A DNA stretch of 41,239 nt from an uncultured Alphaproteobacteria bacterium (GTDB lineage: Bacteria; Pseudomonadota; Alphaproteobacteria; Caulobacterales; Caulobacteraceae), in assembly GCA_903842425.1 (NCBI GenBank), contig CAIMLY010000120.1:1-41239 (forward strand), written 5' to 3'. This document shows, piece by piece, positions 1-10,081 of the stretch (position 1 is its first letter; each line of letters begins with the position of its first letter). The notes below the pieces were generated by a model. That model made no database searches, was not told where the DNA came from, and worked only from the letters and a program-made list of their open reading frames with translations. Both the position numbers and the translations under genes were made by a program.

Positions 1-1049
1 ATGGCGGTGTCCACCACCTTGTGCACCATGTTCGCCAGGAAGACCTTGGCGATGGAGTTCTCCTGCCGCAGGTCCATGCCCTTCTCGGCCTTGTAGGCGA
101 TGTGGAGCAGCATGAGGCGGGCCATGTAGAGCTCGCTGGCGCAGTCGGCCAGCATCCACTGGACACCCTGCCGCTTGGACAGCTTCTGGCCAAAGGTCTC
201 GCGCGACGTCACGTGCTTGGCCGCCAGGTCCAGGGCCCGCTGGGCCAGGGCGACGTTATGCATGCCGTGCCGAAGGCGGCCGTAGGCCAGGCGGTGCTGG
301 CCCATGTTGAAGCCATTGCCCTCGCCCCCCAGCAGGTTCTCAGCCGGGACCACCAGGTCCTTGATGTCGATCTCGGAGTGGCCGCCGCCCATGATGTGCG
401 AAAGCGGGCCTTCCGCCGCCATGGTCGGGATGTCGCGCTTGATGATATAGCCGGGGTTCGGCAGTTCGACGATGAAGGTCGAATAGCGCTGGTGCCGGGG
501 CGCATCCGGATCCGTCATGGCCATGACGAGGGCCAGGTCAGCGGCGCTGGCGGCCGACGAGAACCACTTCTCGCCGTTCAGGACGTAGTTGCCCTTGCCG
601 TCCTTCACCGCCCGGGTCTGCATGCCCGTGGCGTCGGCGCCGGCGGCCTTCTCGGTCATGGAATAGCAGACGCGCTTCTCGCCGTTCAGCAGGGGCTTGA
701 GATACTTTTCCTTCTGGAAGTCCGTGCCGTGCGCCAGCAGGGTCAGCATGGTGGCGTCGTCCGGTCCCTGGCTGTTCATGGACAGGGCGCCCAGGTGGCT
801 CTCGCCCAGCTCCATCTGGACCAGGGCGTTGGCCAGCGGACCCAGGCCCATGCCGCCATGCTCCTTGGGGATGAAGGGGCTCCAGAGTCCCTGCGCGCGG
901 GCCTTGGCGCGAAGCTCGGCCAGCACGACCTTGAAGGACTCGCGGTCCACCAGCCGCTTCTCGGCCGGAATGCATTCCTCGTGCACCCAGCGGCGGACGC
1001 GCTCGCGCATCGCCTTTGCGTCTTCCGGAATTTCGAAATCGATCGCCAT
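1..1049 (-). CDS. Acyl-CoA dehydrogenase (3' end outside window)
   Basis: Read manually (absent from ORF track): MAIDFEIPEDAKAMRERVRRWV...YSMTEKAAGADA...YVLNGEKWFSS...RETFGQKL. GGGAGA RBS before ATG 1049; frame stays open to position 1. Confidence 0.93.
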   Translation of the reverse strand, partial: MAIDFEIPEDAKAMRERVRRWVHEECIPAEKRLVDRESFKVVLAELRAKARAQGLWSPFIPKEHGGMGLGPLANALVQMELGESHLGALSMNSQGPDDATMLTLLAHGTDFQKEKYLKPLLNGEKRVCYSMTEKAAGADATGMQTRAVKDGKGNYVLNGEKWFSSAASAADLALVMAMTDPDAPRHQRYSTFIVELPNPGYIIKRDIPTMAAEGPLSHIMGGGHSEIDIKDLVVPAENLLGGEGNGFNMGQHRLAYGRLRHGMHNVALAQRALDLAAKHVTSRETFGQKLSKRQGVQWMLADCASELYMARLMLLHIAYKAEKGMDLRQENSIAKVFLANMVHKVVDTA

Positions 1050-1120
1050 GGTTTTCTCCCCTGTCTGTTGGAGTCAACTGTGAGGTCGGACGCGTCCGGG
1101 GGCAAGGCCCCGGCGACGCC

Positions 1121-2176
1121 TTAGCTCAGGTCGACCCGGTAGATCTGTTGGGCCGTCCCGGAGAACAGCGCGGTCTTCTCGGTCGCCGAGGCCCCCGCCG
1201 CCAGCCGCTTGAAGGCATTCCAGAGGGTCCGGTAGTCGCAGGACCCAAGGTCCACCGGGAAGTTGCTCTCGAACATGCACCGGTCGGCGCCGAAGGCCTC
1301 GATGCAGGTCTCCACATGGGGCCGCCATTCCCTTGCCAGCTGCTCTGACGAGGCCGGCGGGTCCGAAAGGAAGGACGGGAAGGCCGGGAAGGCCATGGCC
1401 AGGCCCCCGACCTTGCAGGCGACGTTGGGCAGGGCCGCAAGGGCCTGGATCTTCTCCCTCCAGGTCCCGAACCGCGCCTCGCGTTGTCCGGCGTAGACCC
1501 CGAGCCCCAGGGGCGTGCCGACGTGGTCGACGATGATCTGGGTGTCCGGGAAGGCCCGGGCGAGGTCGATGAGATCGTCCAGCTGGGGCTCCAGCAGCCA
1601 GGCGTCGAAGGACAGCCCCAGGGGCGCCAGCTGGGCGAAGCCCTCGCGGAAACGGGCGTCCCGGTACAGGCCGGGCGGGCGGCCCGCCAGGGGGCCCAGC
1701 ACCGCCGGGTCAGCGTCCGACGAAGCGGCGTGGCGTATGCCCCGGAACCGGGGACTGGCCGCCTTGTGCGCCTCCAGCACCTCCCGGGCCGCGGCGCCGA
1801 GCGTCAGGTCGACGTGGCCGACGATCGCGGCGCAGGCTCTCAGGTCGCCATAGATCCCGCTCGCCGACATGGCCGCGACACCATTGACGAACTCGGTCTC
1901 TCCCACCGGGCGGAAGGCCGGCTCGGCGCCGCGCCGGTACATGGCGCCGCACTCCATGTAGACCGTCGCCACCACCTTGTGCCCGCTGGTCATGTCGGCC
2001 AGCAGTTCATCGAACAGGTAGCGCGGCGAGAGCCGGATCACCGCCTCGAAGGGGTGGGACGCCGGGGGAAGGTCGGCGCCCCGGGCGCCGGGCCGGTCCC
2101 AGAGATGATGATGCGGATCGATGATCGGCAGGTCGGGCTCGAGGATCGGCTCCGGAGGGGTCAGGGTCCGGGTCAT
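1121..2176 (-). CDS. Amidohydrolase family 2 protein (lactonase-like)
   Basis: IIDPHHHLWD, IIVDHVG, FGADRCMFESNFPVD motifs; start MTRTLT at 2176 preceded by GGGAGG. Confidence 0.9.
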   Translation of the reverse strand: MTRTLTPPEPILEPDLPIIDPHHHLWDRPGARGADLPPASHPFEAVIRLSPRYLFDELLADMTSGHKVVATVYMECGAMYRRGAEPAFRPVGETEFVNGVAAMSASGIYGDLRACAAIVGHVDLTLGAAAREVLEAHKAASPRFRGIRHAASSDADPAVLGPLAGRPPGLYRDARFREGFAQLAPLGLSFDAWLLEPQLDDLIDLARAFPDTQIIVDHVGTPLGLGVYAGQREARFGTWREKIQALAALPNVACKVGGLAMAFPAFPSFLSDPPASSEQLAREWRPHVETCIEAFGADRCMFESNFPVDLGSCDYRTLWNAFKRLAAGASATEKTALFSGTAQQIYRVDLS

Positions 2177-2277
2177 GGTGGCGTCCTCCCTTGGATTTTC
2201 TCCACCTTGCCGCCAGCCCCCACCCGCCGCAAGCGCGGCGAGGTTGCCCACGGGCCCGCACCGCGCCAAAAGAGGGC

Positions 2278-3027
2278 ATGCTGGACATCGCCCTTCCCTC
2301 CGCCGACGCCCTGATCGCCCTCGCGCAGGTCATCATGATCGACCTCGCCCTCGCCGGGGACAACGCCGTGGCCGTCGGCCTCGCCGCCGCCGGCCTGCCA
2401 GCCGAGCAGCGACGCAAGGCCATCCTCTACGGCCTGATCGCCGCCGTGGCCCTTCGCCTGGGCCTGGCCGTGGTGACCGTCCAGCTCCTCCAGCTGATCG
2501 GCCTCCTCCTCGCCGGCGGCATCCTGTTGCTCTGGGTGTGCTGGAAGATGTGGCGCGAGCTTCGCGAGGGGCATGAGGCCGAGGCCGCAGAGGCTGCAGA
2601 GGCCCTGGAGGAAGCGACGGGCGTCGAGTTCGAGGGCGAGCCCACCACGACCCCGCGCGCGAAGACCATGCGCCAGGCCATGACGCAGATCCTGCTGGCG
2701 GACGTCGCCATGTCGCTGGACAACGTCCTTGCGGTGGCCGGCGCGGCCCGCGAGCACGTCTGGGTCCTTGTGGTGGGCCTTGTCCTTTCCATCGCCCTGA
2801 TGGGCGTCGCCGCCACCTGGATCGCCAGCCTTCTGCAGCGGCATCGGTGGCTGGGCTTTGCGGGCCTGGTCATCGTCCTCTACGTCGCCCTGCACATGAT
2901 CTGGCAGGGTCACCGGAGCGTGGTGATCGACCTTGGGCACACCCCCGCCTACAACGCCGCGGCGCCGGACGTCGTCGATATCAGCCCCGAGGAAGAGGCA
3001 AGCCGGCAGGCCCTGACAGGGCGATAG
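2278..3027 (+). CDS. TerC/YjbE family integral membrane protein
   Basis: IDLALAGDNAVAV and ADVAMSLDNVLAVAG motifs; several TM helices; AGAGGG before ATG 2278. Confidence 0.9.
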   Translation: MLDIALPSADALIALAQVIMIDLALAGDNAVAVGLAAAGLPAEQRRKAILYGLIAAVALRLGLAVVTVQLLQLIGLLLAGGILLLWVCWKMWRELREGHEAEAAEAAEALEEATGVEFEGEPTTTPRAKTMRQAMTQILLADVAMSLDNVLAVAGAAREHVWVLVVGLVLSIALMGVAATWIASLLQRHRWLGFAGLVIVLYVALHMIWQGHRSVVIDLGHTPAYNAAAPDVVDISPEEEASRQALTGR

Positions 3028-3028
3028 C

Positions 3029-4804
3029 TCAGCAGGCCTCGGGTCCGCCGAACCGGGCGCGCCAGGCCTCGACCTGATCGCCCTCGATCTTCCGGAACAA
3101 CACCTCGGGCGCCTTCACCGCCCGTCCGGCGGGCAGGAGGTCCAGGGCGTCGGCGGCGCCTGGCCAGGCGGCTTCGGGGCTCTCCCCCACCGCATTCGCC
3201 ACGAGGTCACAGGTGAAGGGGATGAAGGGGCGGGAGACCCGGGAGAACAGGGCCACCAGGTTCAGGCCCATCCGCACGGACACCGCCGCGCGGTCCCGGT
3301 CGGTCTTGACCGCCGTCCAGGGGGCGGCCTCGGTCAGGTACTGGTTGCCCAGCACCCATAGCTGGCGGAGGGCCTGGGCGGACTTGCGCATCTCCAGGGC
3401 CTCCAGCTGGGCGGTCAGCTCCGCCAGCTTCTCGGCCACGTCGGTGCGAAGGCGGACCTCCAGCGGCCCCTCCTCCCCGCCCTCGGGAACCGTCCCCTCG
3501 AAGCGGCTCTCGGTGAAGCGCAGGATCCGGTTCACGAAATTGCCGAAGACGTCGGCGAGGTCGGCGTTCACCTGCGCCTGGAACTGTTCCCAGACAAAGC
3601 TCGCATCCGAGCCCTCGGGGGCGTTGGCGATGATCCACCACCGCCAGTAGTCCGGCGGCAGGAGCTCCAGGGCCTGGTCCATGAAGACCCCGCGCTGCTG
3701 CGAGGTCGAGAACCGGCCGCCGTAATAGTCCAGCCAGTTGAAGCCCTTGAGCCGGTCGACCAGCTTCCAGGGGACGTCTGACGCCGCGCTCCAGGCGCCA
3801 TCGGCGCCCAGACGCTCATTCACCCCGATCAGGGTGCAGGGGAAGCCCACCGTGTGGAAGGGCACGTTGTCCTTGCCCATGAACTGGACGTAGGTCACGT
3901 CGGCGGCGGCCTCGCCGCGCCACCAGCGCTCCCAGTCCGCGCCGGTCGCCTCCGCCCACTCCCGGGTGGCGCCTATGTACTCGATGGGGGCGTCGAACCA
4001 GACGTAGAAGACCTTGCCCTTCAGCCCCTCGACGTCCGGGAGAAGACCCTCGGGGTTGGGACCCCAGTCGGCGGCGTTGACCGGCACGCCCCACTCCAGG
4101 TCGCGGGTGATCCCCCGGTCCTGCAGGCCTTCGTCCAGCCACTTCAGGGCGATGGAGGTGACCAGCAGGGGCCAGCTCGCCTTCTTGCCCTCGATCCAGG
4201 CGCGGAGCCGCTCGGCGAACAGGCTCTGCCTCAGGAAGAGATGCTTGGAGGGCCGGATCTCGATGTCCTCGGACCCGGAGACCGCAGAACGCGGCTGGAT
4301 CAGGTCAGCCGGGTCCAGGACGCGGGTGCAGTTCTCGCACTGGTCGCCCCGGGCGGCGGCGTAGCCACAGTGCGGGCAGGTCCCGATGACATAGCGGTCC
4401 GGCAGGAAACGGCGGTCAGCGTTGGAATAGACCTGCTGGGTGACGCGCTCCTCGATGAAACCGTTCTCCCAGAGTTGGCGCGCCATGGCCTGGGTCATGT
4501 CCCGGTTCTGCGCCGAGGAGGATCGCCCGAAGTGGTCCCAGGACAGGCCGAAGCCTGCGGCCAGGTCCGCCTGCACCTCATGCTGCTGGCGGCAGAAGGC
4601 CGCGACGTCCACGCCCGCCTCTGCAGCCGCCAGTTCGGTAGGGGTGCCATGCTCGTCGGTGGCGCAGATGTAGAGGGTCTCCAGCCCCTGGGACCGCTTG
4701 AACCGGGCGAATACGTCCGCCGGCAACATGGATCCCGCAAGGGTCCCCAGGTGCTTGATCCCGTTGATGTAGGGCAAGGCCGAGGTGATGAGGATGCGGG
4801 TCAT
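3029..4804 (-). CDS. metG: Methionine--tRNA ligase
   Basis: [33 protein letters not shown] knuckle, [25 protein letters not shown]; start MTRILIT at 4804. Confidence 0.97.
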   Translation of the reverse strand: MTRILITSALPYINGIKHLGTLAGSMLPADVFARFKRSQGLETLYICATDEHGTPTELAAAEAGVDVAAFCRQQHEVQADLAAGFGLSWDHFGRSSSAQNRDMTQAMARQLWENGFIEERVTQQVYSNADRRFLPDRYVIGTCPHCGYAAARGDQCENCTRVLDPADLIQPRSAVSGSEDIEIRPSKHLFLRQSLFAERLRAWIEGKKASWPLLVTSIALKWLDEGLQDRGITRDLEWGVPVNAADWGPNPEGLLPDVEGLKGKVFYVWFDAPIEYIGATREWAEATGADWERWWRGEAAADVTYVQFMGKDNVPFHTVGFPCTLIGVNERLGADGAWSAASDVPWKLVDRLKGFNWLDYYGGRFSTSQQRGVFMDQALELLPPDYWRWWIIANAPEGSDASFVWEQFQAQVNADLADVFGNFVNRILRFTESRFEGTVPEGGEEGPLEVRLRTDVAEKLAELTAQLEALEMRKSAQALRQLWVLGNQYLTEAAPWTAVKTDRDRAAVSVRMGLNLVALFSRVSRPFIPFTCDLVANAVGESPEAAWPGAADALDLLPAGRAVKAPEVLFRKIEGDQVEAWRARFGGPEAC

Positions 4805-4924
4805 GGGGCTCTCGTAATGAGGAGACGCGAAGCGCGGGCTTATAGGGCGCCCTTGGGCGGGAACAAAGCGCGGCGCCGTTCTTCGGTTGTCGACGCGCCC
4901 GGGTTCTGGCATCGGAGCGCCCGG

Positions 4925-5000
4925 GCCGGCTTAGCTCAGCTGGTAGAGCAGCGGTTTTGTAAACCGAAGGTCACGGGTTCGAGTCCTGTAGCCGGCACCA
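4925..5000 (+). tRNA. tRNA-Thr(UGU)
   Basis: 76 nt: GCCGGCT/AGCCGGC acceptor stem, AGCTCAGCTGGTAGAGC D arm, anticodon loop TT-TGT-AA, GTTCGAGTC T loop, encoded CCA. Confidence 0.97.
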
Positions 5001-5051
5001 AGGATTTTTCGCCCCTGGTCCAGGAAGGGCCAGCCTGTTCCGGAGTCGTCC

Positions 5052-5552
5052 ATGCCCGCCATCCGCACCCTCTCCGCCCTGGCCGTCGTGGCTGGCCTGG
5101 CCCTCGCCGCCTGCAGTGCGCCGGCTGGCGGCGAGGACAACGGCAACGACGCGGCCCCTTTGGCGTCGCCCGCCGCCCTGACAGACGCCCAGAAGGCAGC
5201 CCTGCTCGCCGAGTTACCCGAGCCCTACCGCAGCGCCGACCTGGCCAAGGGCGAGGCCCTCTACGCCATGTGCCGGTCCTGTCACACCTATGTGCAGGGC
5301 GGGACCAACATGACGGGCCCCAACCTCTGGGGAACCTTCGGCGCCAAGGCCGGCCATATCGCCGGGTTCAACTATTCGGACGCCCTGAAGGCCTCCGGCC
5401 TGACCTGGGACGTCGCGACCATGGACAAGTGGATCGAGAATCCGCGCGGCCTCGTGGAGGGCACCAAGATGTCCTACGTGGGCATGAAGTCGCCTGAGGA
5501 CCGGGCCGCCCTGATCGCCTTCCTGAAGGTCAACACCAGCCCCGCGAAATAG
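5052..5552 (+). CDS. Class I cytochrome c (c2/CycM-like) with lipoprotein signal
   Basis: CRSCH heme motif, GPNLWG, GTKMSYVGM axial Met region, lipobox LAAC. Confidence 0.92.
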   Translation: MPAIRTLSALAVVAGLALAACSAPAGGEDNGNDAAPLASPAALTDAQKAALLAELPEPYRSADLAKGEALYAMCRSCHTYVQGGTNMTGPNLWGTFGAKAGHIAGFNYSDALKASGLTWDVATMDKWIENPRGLVEGTKMSYVGMKSPEDRAALIAFLKVNTSPAK

Positions 5553-5559
5553 CTGGGGT

Positions 5560-8500
5560 CTACTTGGCCGGCTGGACCTGCTCTGCAGCCTCGTAGGCCT
5601 CGATCCGCCGGGCCCGGGTCTGCGGCGGCTGGGTGAAGCGGGCCAGCAGGTTGTAGAAGACCGGCACGAGGAAGACCGTCAGCAGGGTCGAGAAGATCGC
5701 CCCGAAGAAGATGACGACCCCGATGGTCCGCCGGGACTCCCCGCCTGCGCCTCCCCAGAGGATGAGGGGCACGGCGCCGGCCGCCGCCGCGATGGAGGTC
5801 ATCACGATGGGGCGCAGGCGAACCACTGAGCTCTTGATCACCGCCTCGCGCACCGAAAGCCCCTCATCGCGCAACTGGTTGGCGAACTCGACGATGAGGA
5901 TTCCATTCTTTGCAGCTATGCCGACCAGCATGATCAAGCCGATCTGGCTGTAGGTGTTGAGCGTCGAACCGCTGGCGAGCAGGCCGAACAGTCCCCCCAG
6001 GGCCGCCACCGGAACGGTCAGCATGATGACCAGGGGATGTATCCAGCTCTCGAACTGGGCCGCGAGCACCAGGAAGACGAGGACAAGGGCAAGGCCCAGG
6101 GCCCCGTACACCGCGGCGCCACCCTCCAGGTAGTCTCGCGCCAGGCCGCCCCACTTCACGGTCGTACCCGGTCGCTTGTCGATCTCGGCCTGGAAGAAAT
6201 CCACCGCCTCGCCCACCGTGTAGCCGGGATTGAGCTGGACCGAGAGGGTGATGGCCCGCAGCCGGTCCACGCGGTCGCGGCTTGGCGTGTCGCCCCGGAT
6301 CTCGGTGGTCACCACCGCCGAGAGCGGCACCGTGGCTCCGGAAGCCGCCCGGACATAGACGTTCCTGAGGTCGGCCTCGTTCATCCGCTGGGGGCGGTCA
6401 GCCTGGAGAATGACATCGTATTCCTGGCCACCCTTGACGTAGGTCGTCGCCTTGCGCGACCCGAACAGGGTCTCCAGGGCCCGGCCGACCGCCTGGGCCG
6501 AAACCCCCAGCTGCGCGGCCTTGTCCCGGTCAAGCTCGACCAGAAGCCGGGGCGAGGTCGGCTCGTAGTCCAGCCGGGGGCGGGCAAGTCCGGGATTGGT
6601 GCGCGCGGCGGCCATCAGGGGCTGGATGGCCCGTTCGATCTGCGGATATTCGTCGCCCAGCACGATGACGTTGACGCTTGAGCCGCCGCCCCCGCCGCCG
6701 CCCCGCTGGATCGAGGGGCGAACCGAGGCGATGACCCGGGCCGAGGTGATGGCCGAATACTCGCGATTGAGTTGGGCGGCGAGGTCCTGGGACGAAACCT
6801 TGTGCTCACGGGTGTCCGGAAGCCCGGCGTTGCCGCCGCCCGAGCTGAACTGACTGCGCCCAAAGCTCGGAACGCTCAGGGTGTAGCGCTCGATGACCCC
6901 CTCATTGAGAAGGCCGAGCAGCCGCTTCTCCACGGCCTGCGAAGCCGGGAGGATGTAGTCGAAGCCCGCGCCCTCAGGCCCCTGGATGGAGATGTCCACC
7001 CGGCCACGGTCCTCGGTCGGGACGAGTTCCTTGGGAATGATCAGGGCGAGGCCGCCGGCGATCAGGCCGAAGACGACAATCACCACGCCGGCCATGAGCG
7101 AGGAGGCGAACATCCGCCGGGGCGCCAGCAGGGCCTCCAGCGAAGCCTCGTAGGAGGCCTTGAGGGCATCCATGGTTGCATTGACCGCCCGGGTCAGGGG
7201 GCCGCCTGCGCGCGCAGGCCGCAACAGCAGCGACCCGAGCATGGGGGACAGGCTCAGTGCGAGGATCGCCGAGAAGACCACAGCTGCGGCCACGGACACC
7301 GCAAGCTCGACGAAGAGGCGGCCGGTAAAGCCGGGCATGAACATGAGGGGCGCGAAGACCGAGACCAGGACCACGGTGGTCGCCACCACGGCGAAGAACA
7401 CCTGTCCCGCGCCTCTCTGGGCCGCGACCAGCGGAGGCTCGCCCTCGTCGATCCGCCGCTGGATGTTCTCGACCACCACGATGGCGTCGTCGACGACAAG
7501 ACCGATGGCCAGCACCAGGGCGAGCAGGGTCAGCAGGTTCACCGAGAAGCCGAGGGCCGCCAGGACAATGAAGGTGGCCAGGATGCAGATGGGGGCCACC
7601 ACGGAAGGCACGAGGGCCGCCCGCCAGGAGCCGAGGAAGAGCAGGTTCACCAGGGCCACGAGGGCCAGGGCGATGCCCATGGTGATCCAGACCTCCTGGA
7701 GGGCATGGCGGGTGAAGGTGGTGAAATCGACGGCCACCTCCATCTTCGTCCCGGGCGGAAGACTGCCGTTGATCTCCTGGATCTGCTCGCGGATGCCGTC
7801 GGAGATCTCGAGGTCGTTGGCCTGGGACTGGCGGGTAATGGCCATGCCCACCTGGTCATTGCCGTTCGACCTGAAAAGCCGCCGTCGTTCGTCAGGGCCT
7901 TCCTCGATGCGGGCGATGTCGCCCAGCCGGAGGACATAGGCGTTGGGGTTGGCGGCGCTGGCCACTGCGGACAGCGGTGAGGCCGCCGCCCCGGCGGCGG
8001 CGGCGGAAGACCCGAGGGCGCCCTGCTGGCCGGCGGCGGAAGACGCCGGGCGGTTCGCGCCCGAAGCGGTCACGGGTAACCCGGCGAAGTCGGCTGGGGA
8101 CGTGTAGCCGCGGGCCACGCGGATGGTGAAGTCCTTGGTAGGCGCCTCGAGGGAACCGGCAGGGAGCTCAAGGTTCTGGGCCCGGAGCGCGCTCTCCACG
8201 TCGTCGACAGTCACCCCGCGGGCCGCCATGGCCATGGGATCCAGCCAGATGCGCATGGCGTAGACCTGTGCGCCGCCAACGCCCACCTGCGCCACGCCCG
8301 GCACGGTGGACAGACGCTCGACCAGATAGCGGTTGGCGTAGTCCGTCAGTTGCAGCCGGTTCAGCGTCGTCGACGTGAGACTGATGAACATGATCGGCGA
8401 GTCGTCCGCGTTCGCCTTGGCGATCTGGGGCGGGTCAGCCTGGTCCGGCAGAAGGGGCGTCACCCGGCTGACGGCGTCCCGGACGTCGTTGGCCGCGTCG

Positions 8501-8805
8501 TCGAGGTCGCGGTCGAGGGTGAAGGAGATGGAGATCCGGCTGCCCCCGTCCCGGGAGGACGAGTTCACCCGATCGATGCCCTGGATGCCTGACACCTGGC
8601 GCTCGATCACCTGGGTGATGCGCTCCTCCACGACCTCCGCCGAGGCGCCGCGGTAGGAGGTCGAGACGCTGACCGTCGGCGGGTCGACGCTGGGAAGTTC
8701 CCGGACGGCGAGGGAAAGGTAGCTGGCCAGGCCGATGACGCAGAGCAGGATGGCCCCGACCGCCGCGAAGACCGGACGGCGGACCGAGAGGTCGGAAAGC
8801 GTCAT
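5560..8805 (-). CDS. RND efflux permease (AcrB/D/F family)
   Basis: 1081 aa; SVRRPVFA, GLVVDDAIVVVE, KNGILIVEF, RLRPIVMTS proton-relay motifs; 4-nt overlap with the MFP gene. Confidence 0.96.
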   Translation of the reverse strand: MTLSDLSVRRPVFAAVGAILLCVIGLASYLSLAVRELPSVDPPTVSVSTSYRGASAEVVEERITQVIERQVSGIQGIDRVNSSSRDGGSRISISFTLDRDLDDAANDVRDAVSRVTPLLPDQADPPQIAKANADDSPIMFISLTSTTLNRLQLTDYANRYLVERLSTVPGVAQVGVGGAQVYAMRIWLDPMAMAARGVTVDDVESALRAQNLELPAGSLEAPTKDFTIRVARGYTSPADFAGLPVTASGANRPASSAAGQQGALGSSAAAAGAAASPLSAVASAANPNAYVLRLGDIARIEEGPDERRRLFRSNGNDQVGMAITRQSQANDLEISDGIREQIQEINGSLPPGTKMEVAVDFTTFTRHALQEVWITMGIALALVALVNLLFLGSWRAALVPSVVAPICILATFIVLAALGFSVNLLTLLALVLAIGLVVDDAIVVVENIQRRIDEGEPPLVAAQRGAGQVFFAVVATTVVLVSVFAPLMFMPGFTGRLFVELAVSVAAAVVFSAILALSLSPMLGSLLLRPARAGGPLTRAVNATMDALKASYEASLEALLAPRRMFASSLMAGVVIVVFGLIAGGLALIIPKELVPTEDRGRVDISIQGPEGAGFDYILPASQAVEKRLLGLLNEGVIERYTLSVPSFGRSQFSSGGGNAGLPDTREHKVSSQDLAAQLNREYSAITSARVIASVRPSIQRGGGGGGGSSVNVIVLGDEYPQIERAIQPLMAAARTNPGLARPRLDYEPTSPRLLVELDRDKAAQLGVSAQAVGRALETLFGSRKATTYVKGGQEYDVILQADRPQRMNEADLRNVYVRAASGATVPLSAVVTTEIRGDTPSRDRVDRLRAITLSVQLNPGYTVGEAVDFFQAEIDKRPGTTVKWGGLARDYLEGGAAVYGALGLALVLVFLVLAAQFESWIHPLVIMLTVPVAALGGLFGLLASGSTLNTYSQIGLIMLVGIAAKNGILIVEFANQLRDEGLSVREAVIKSSVVRLRPIVMTSIAAAAGAVPLILWGGAGGESRRTIGVVIFFGAIFSTLLTVFLVPVFYNLLARFTQPPQTRARRIEAYEAAEQVQPAK

Positions 8806-9926
8806 CCGGCCCTGCGCGGGGCGGCGCCTCCCGGAGGCGGCGAACCGGCGGGCCGGACCGGCTGGCCCGACTGGATGCGGTTCAGGCCGTCCGCCACCAC
8901 ACGGTCCGCTGTCGTCACGCCCTCAAGGACTTCGACCCAGCCATCCTGCCGCAGGCCGGCGACCACAGGCCTCTGCTGCACCGTCATGCGCCCGTCCTCC
9001 TGGACGGCGACAAAGACCGACGCCCCCTCTCCCTGGACGGCCACGGCGGACTCCGGCAGGGCCAGGGCCGTGCGGACGCCCTGGCTCACGCCCACCCGGA
9101 GCATCATGCCGGGCTTGAGCTTGCCGTCCGGGCTCGAGAACTCGGACCGGGCGGTGAGCGCCCGGGTCCGCTCGTCGATGCGGGTGTCGAGGCGCAGGAT
9201 GCGACCATTGAAGCGGGCGCCCGGCCAGGCGTCCACCGTGGCGGTCAGGGCCTGCCCTTCCCGCACGGCGGACAGGAACCGATCGGGCACCTGGAAGTCC
9301 ACCCGGACGGCCGACAGGTCATCCAGGGTCACGATGGCGGCGCCAGGATTGATCACGGCGCCTGGCGCGATGTCCGACAGGCCGACCACGCCGGAGAAGG
9401 GCGCGCGGATGACCCGGTCGCCGAGCCGGGCCTCGGCGGCGCCGACGTCTGCGCGGGCGCTCTTCCAGGCCGCCTCGTACTGGTCCACGGCGGCGACGGA
9501 CGCATAGCCCTGCTCGCCGAGGGCCCGCCAGCGTTCGTAGGACCTGCGGGCCTGGACCTCGCGGGCCCGGGCCTGGGCAAGGGCGGCGTCCTGCTCGGTG
9601 GTCTTGAGCTCCACCAGGACCTGGCCCTGCGTCACCTTCTGGCCGGGCGTGAAGAGAACCCGGCTGACCAGCTGGGTGGTGGCTGCCGAGAGGGTCACAG
9701 ACTGGCGGCCCTTGGCGACGCCAAGCAACTCGAGCCGCTCGGTGAAGCTGCGACTGACCGGACTGACCAGTGAGACCTGAGGAACTTCGCCGCGCGAGCG
9801 TCCAGGGCCTCCGGGGCCCCCGCCCTGGGCCGTCTTGCCCGGCGACAGCAGCTTCAGCCCGCCGACCAGGAGCATGAGCAGCACAACGCCGACCGCAAGG
9901 GCGAGAAAGAAGTGCCGCCTGAGCAA
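8802..9926 (-). CDS. RND periplasmic adaptor (membrane fusion protein)
   Basis: N-terminal TM anchor, IRAPFSGVVG, LKPGMM, GWVEVLEGV; TTG start. Confidence 0.93.
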   Translation of the reverse strand: MLRRHFFLALAVGVVLLMLLVGGLKLLSPGKTAQGGGPGGPGRSRGEVPQVSLVSPVSRSFTERLELLGVAKGRQSVTLSAATTQLVSRVLFTPGQKVTQGQVLVELKTTEQDAALAQARAREVQARRSYERWRALGEQGYASVAAVDQYEAAWKSARADVGAAEARLGDRVIRAPFSGVVGLSDIAPGAVINPGAAIVTLDDLSAVRVDFQVPDRFLSAVREGQALTATVDAWPGARFNGRILRLDTRIDERTRALTARSEFSSPDGKLKPGMMLRVGVSQGVRTALALPESAVAVQGEGASVFVAVQEDGRMTVQQRPVVAGLRQDGWVEVLEGVTTADRVVADGLNRIQSGQPVRPAGSPPPGGAAPRRAG

Positions 9927-10081
9927 GAACCAAGGTCTCCCGCGCCCCGACGAATCCTGAGGCGTCAGACATGAATGAGCCCGTTACCTAGGCGGGCGCT
10001 TACCCAACGTCCACCCCCGGACAGCCCAAGGCGCCGGGAATCCGCCGGGCCCCGGGCCCTGCGGCTCCGGGCGCCCGTCCG

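Noticed and set aside
4925-5060. tRNA-Thr as an integration site for an island or prophage
   Set aside because: No integrase nearby, and I found no duplicated tRNA 3' end in the window.
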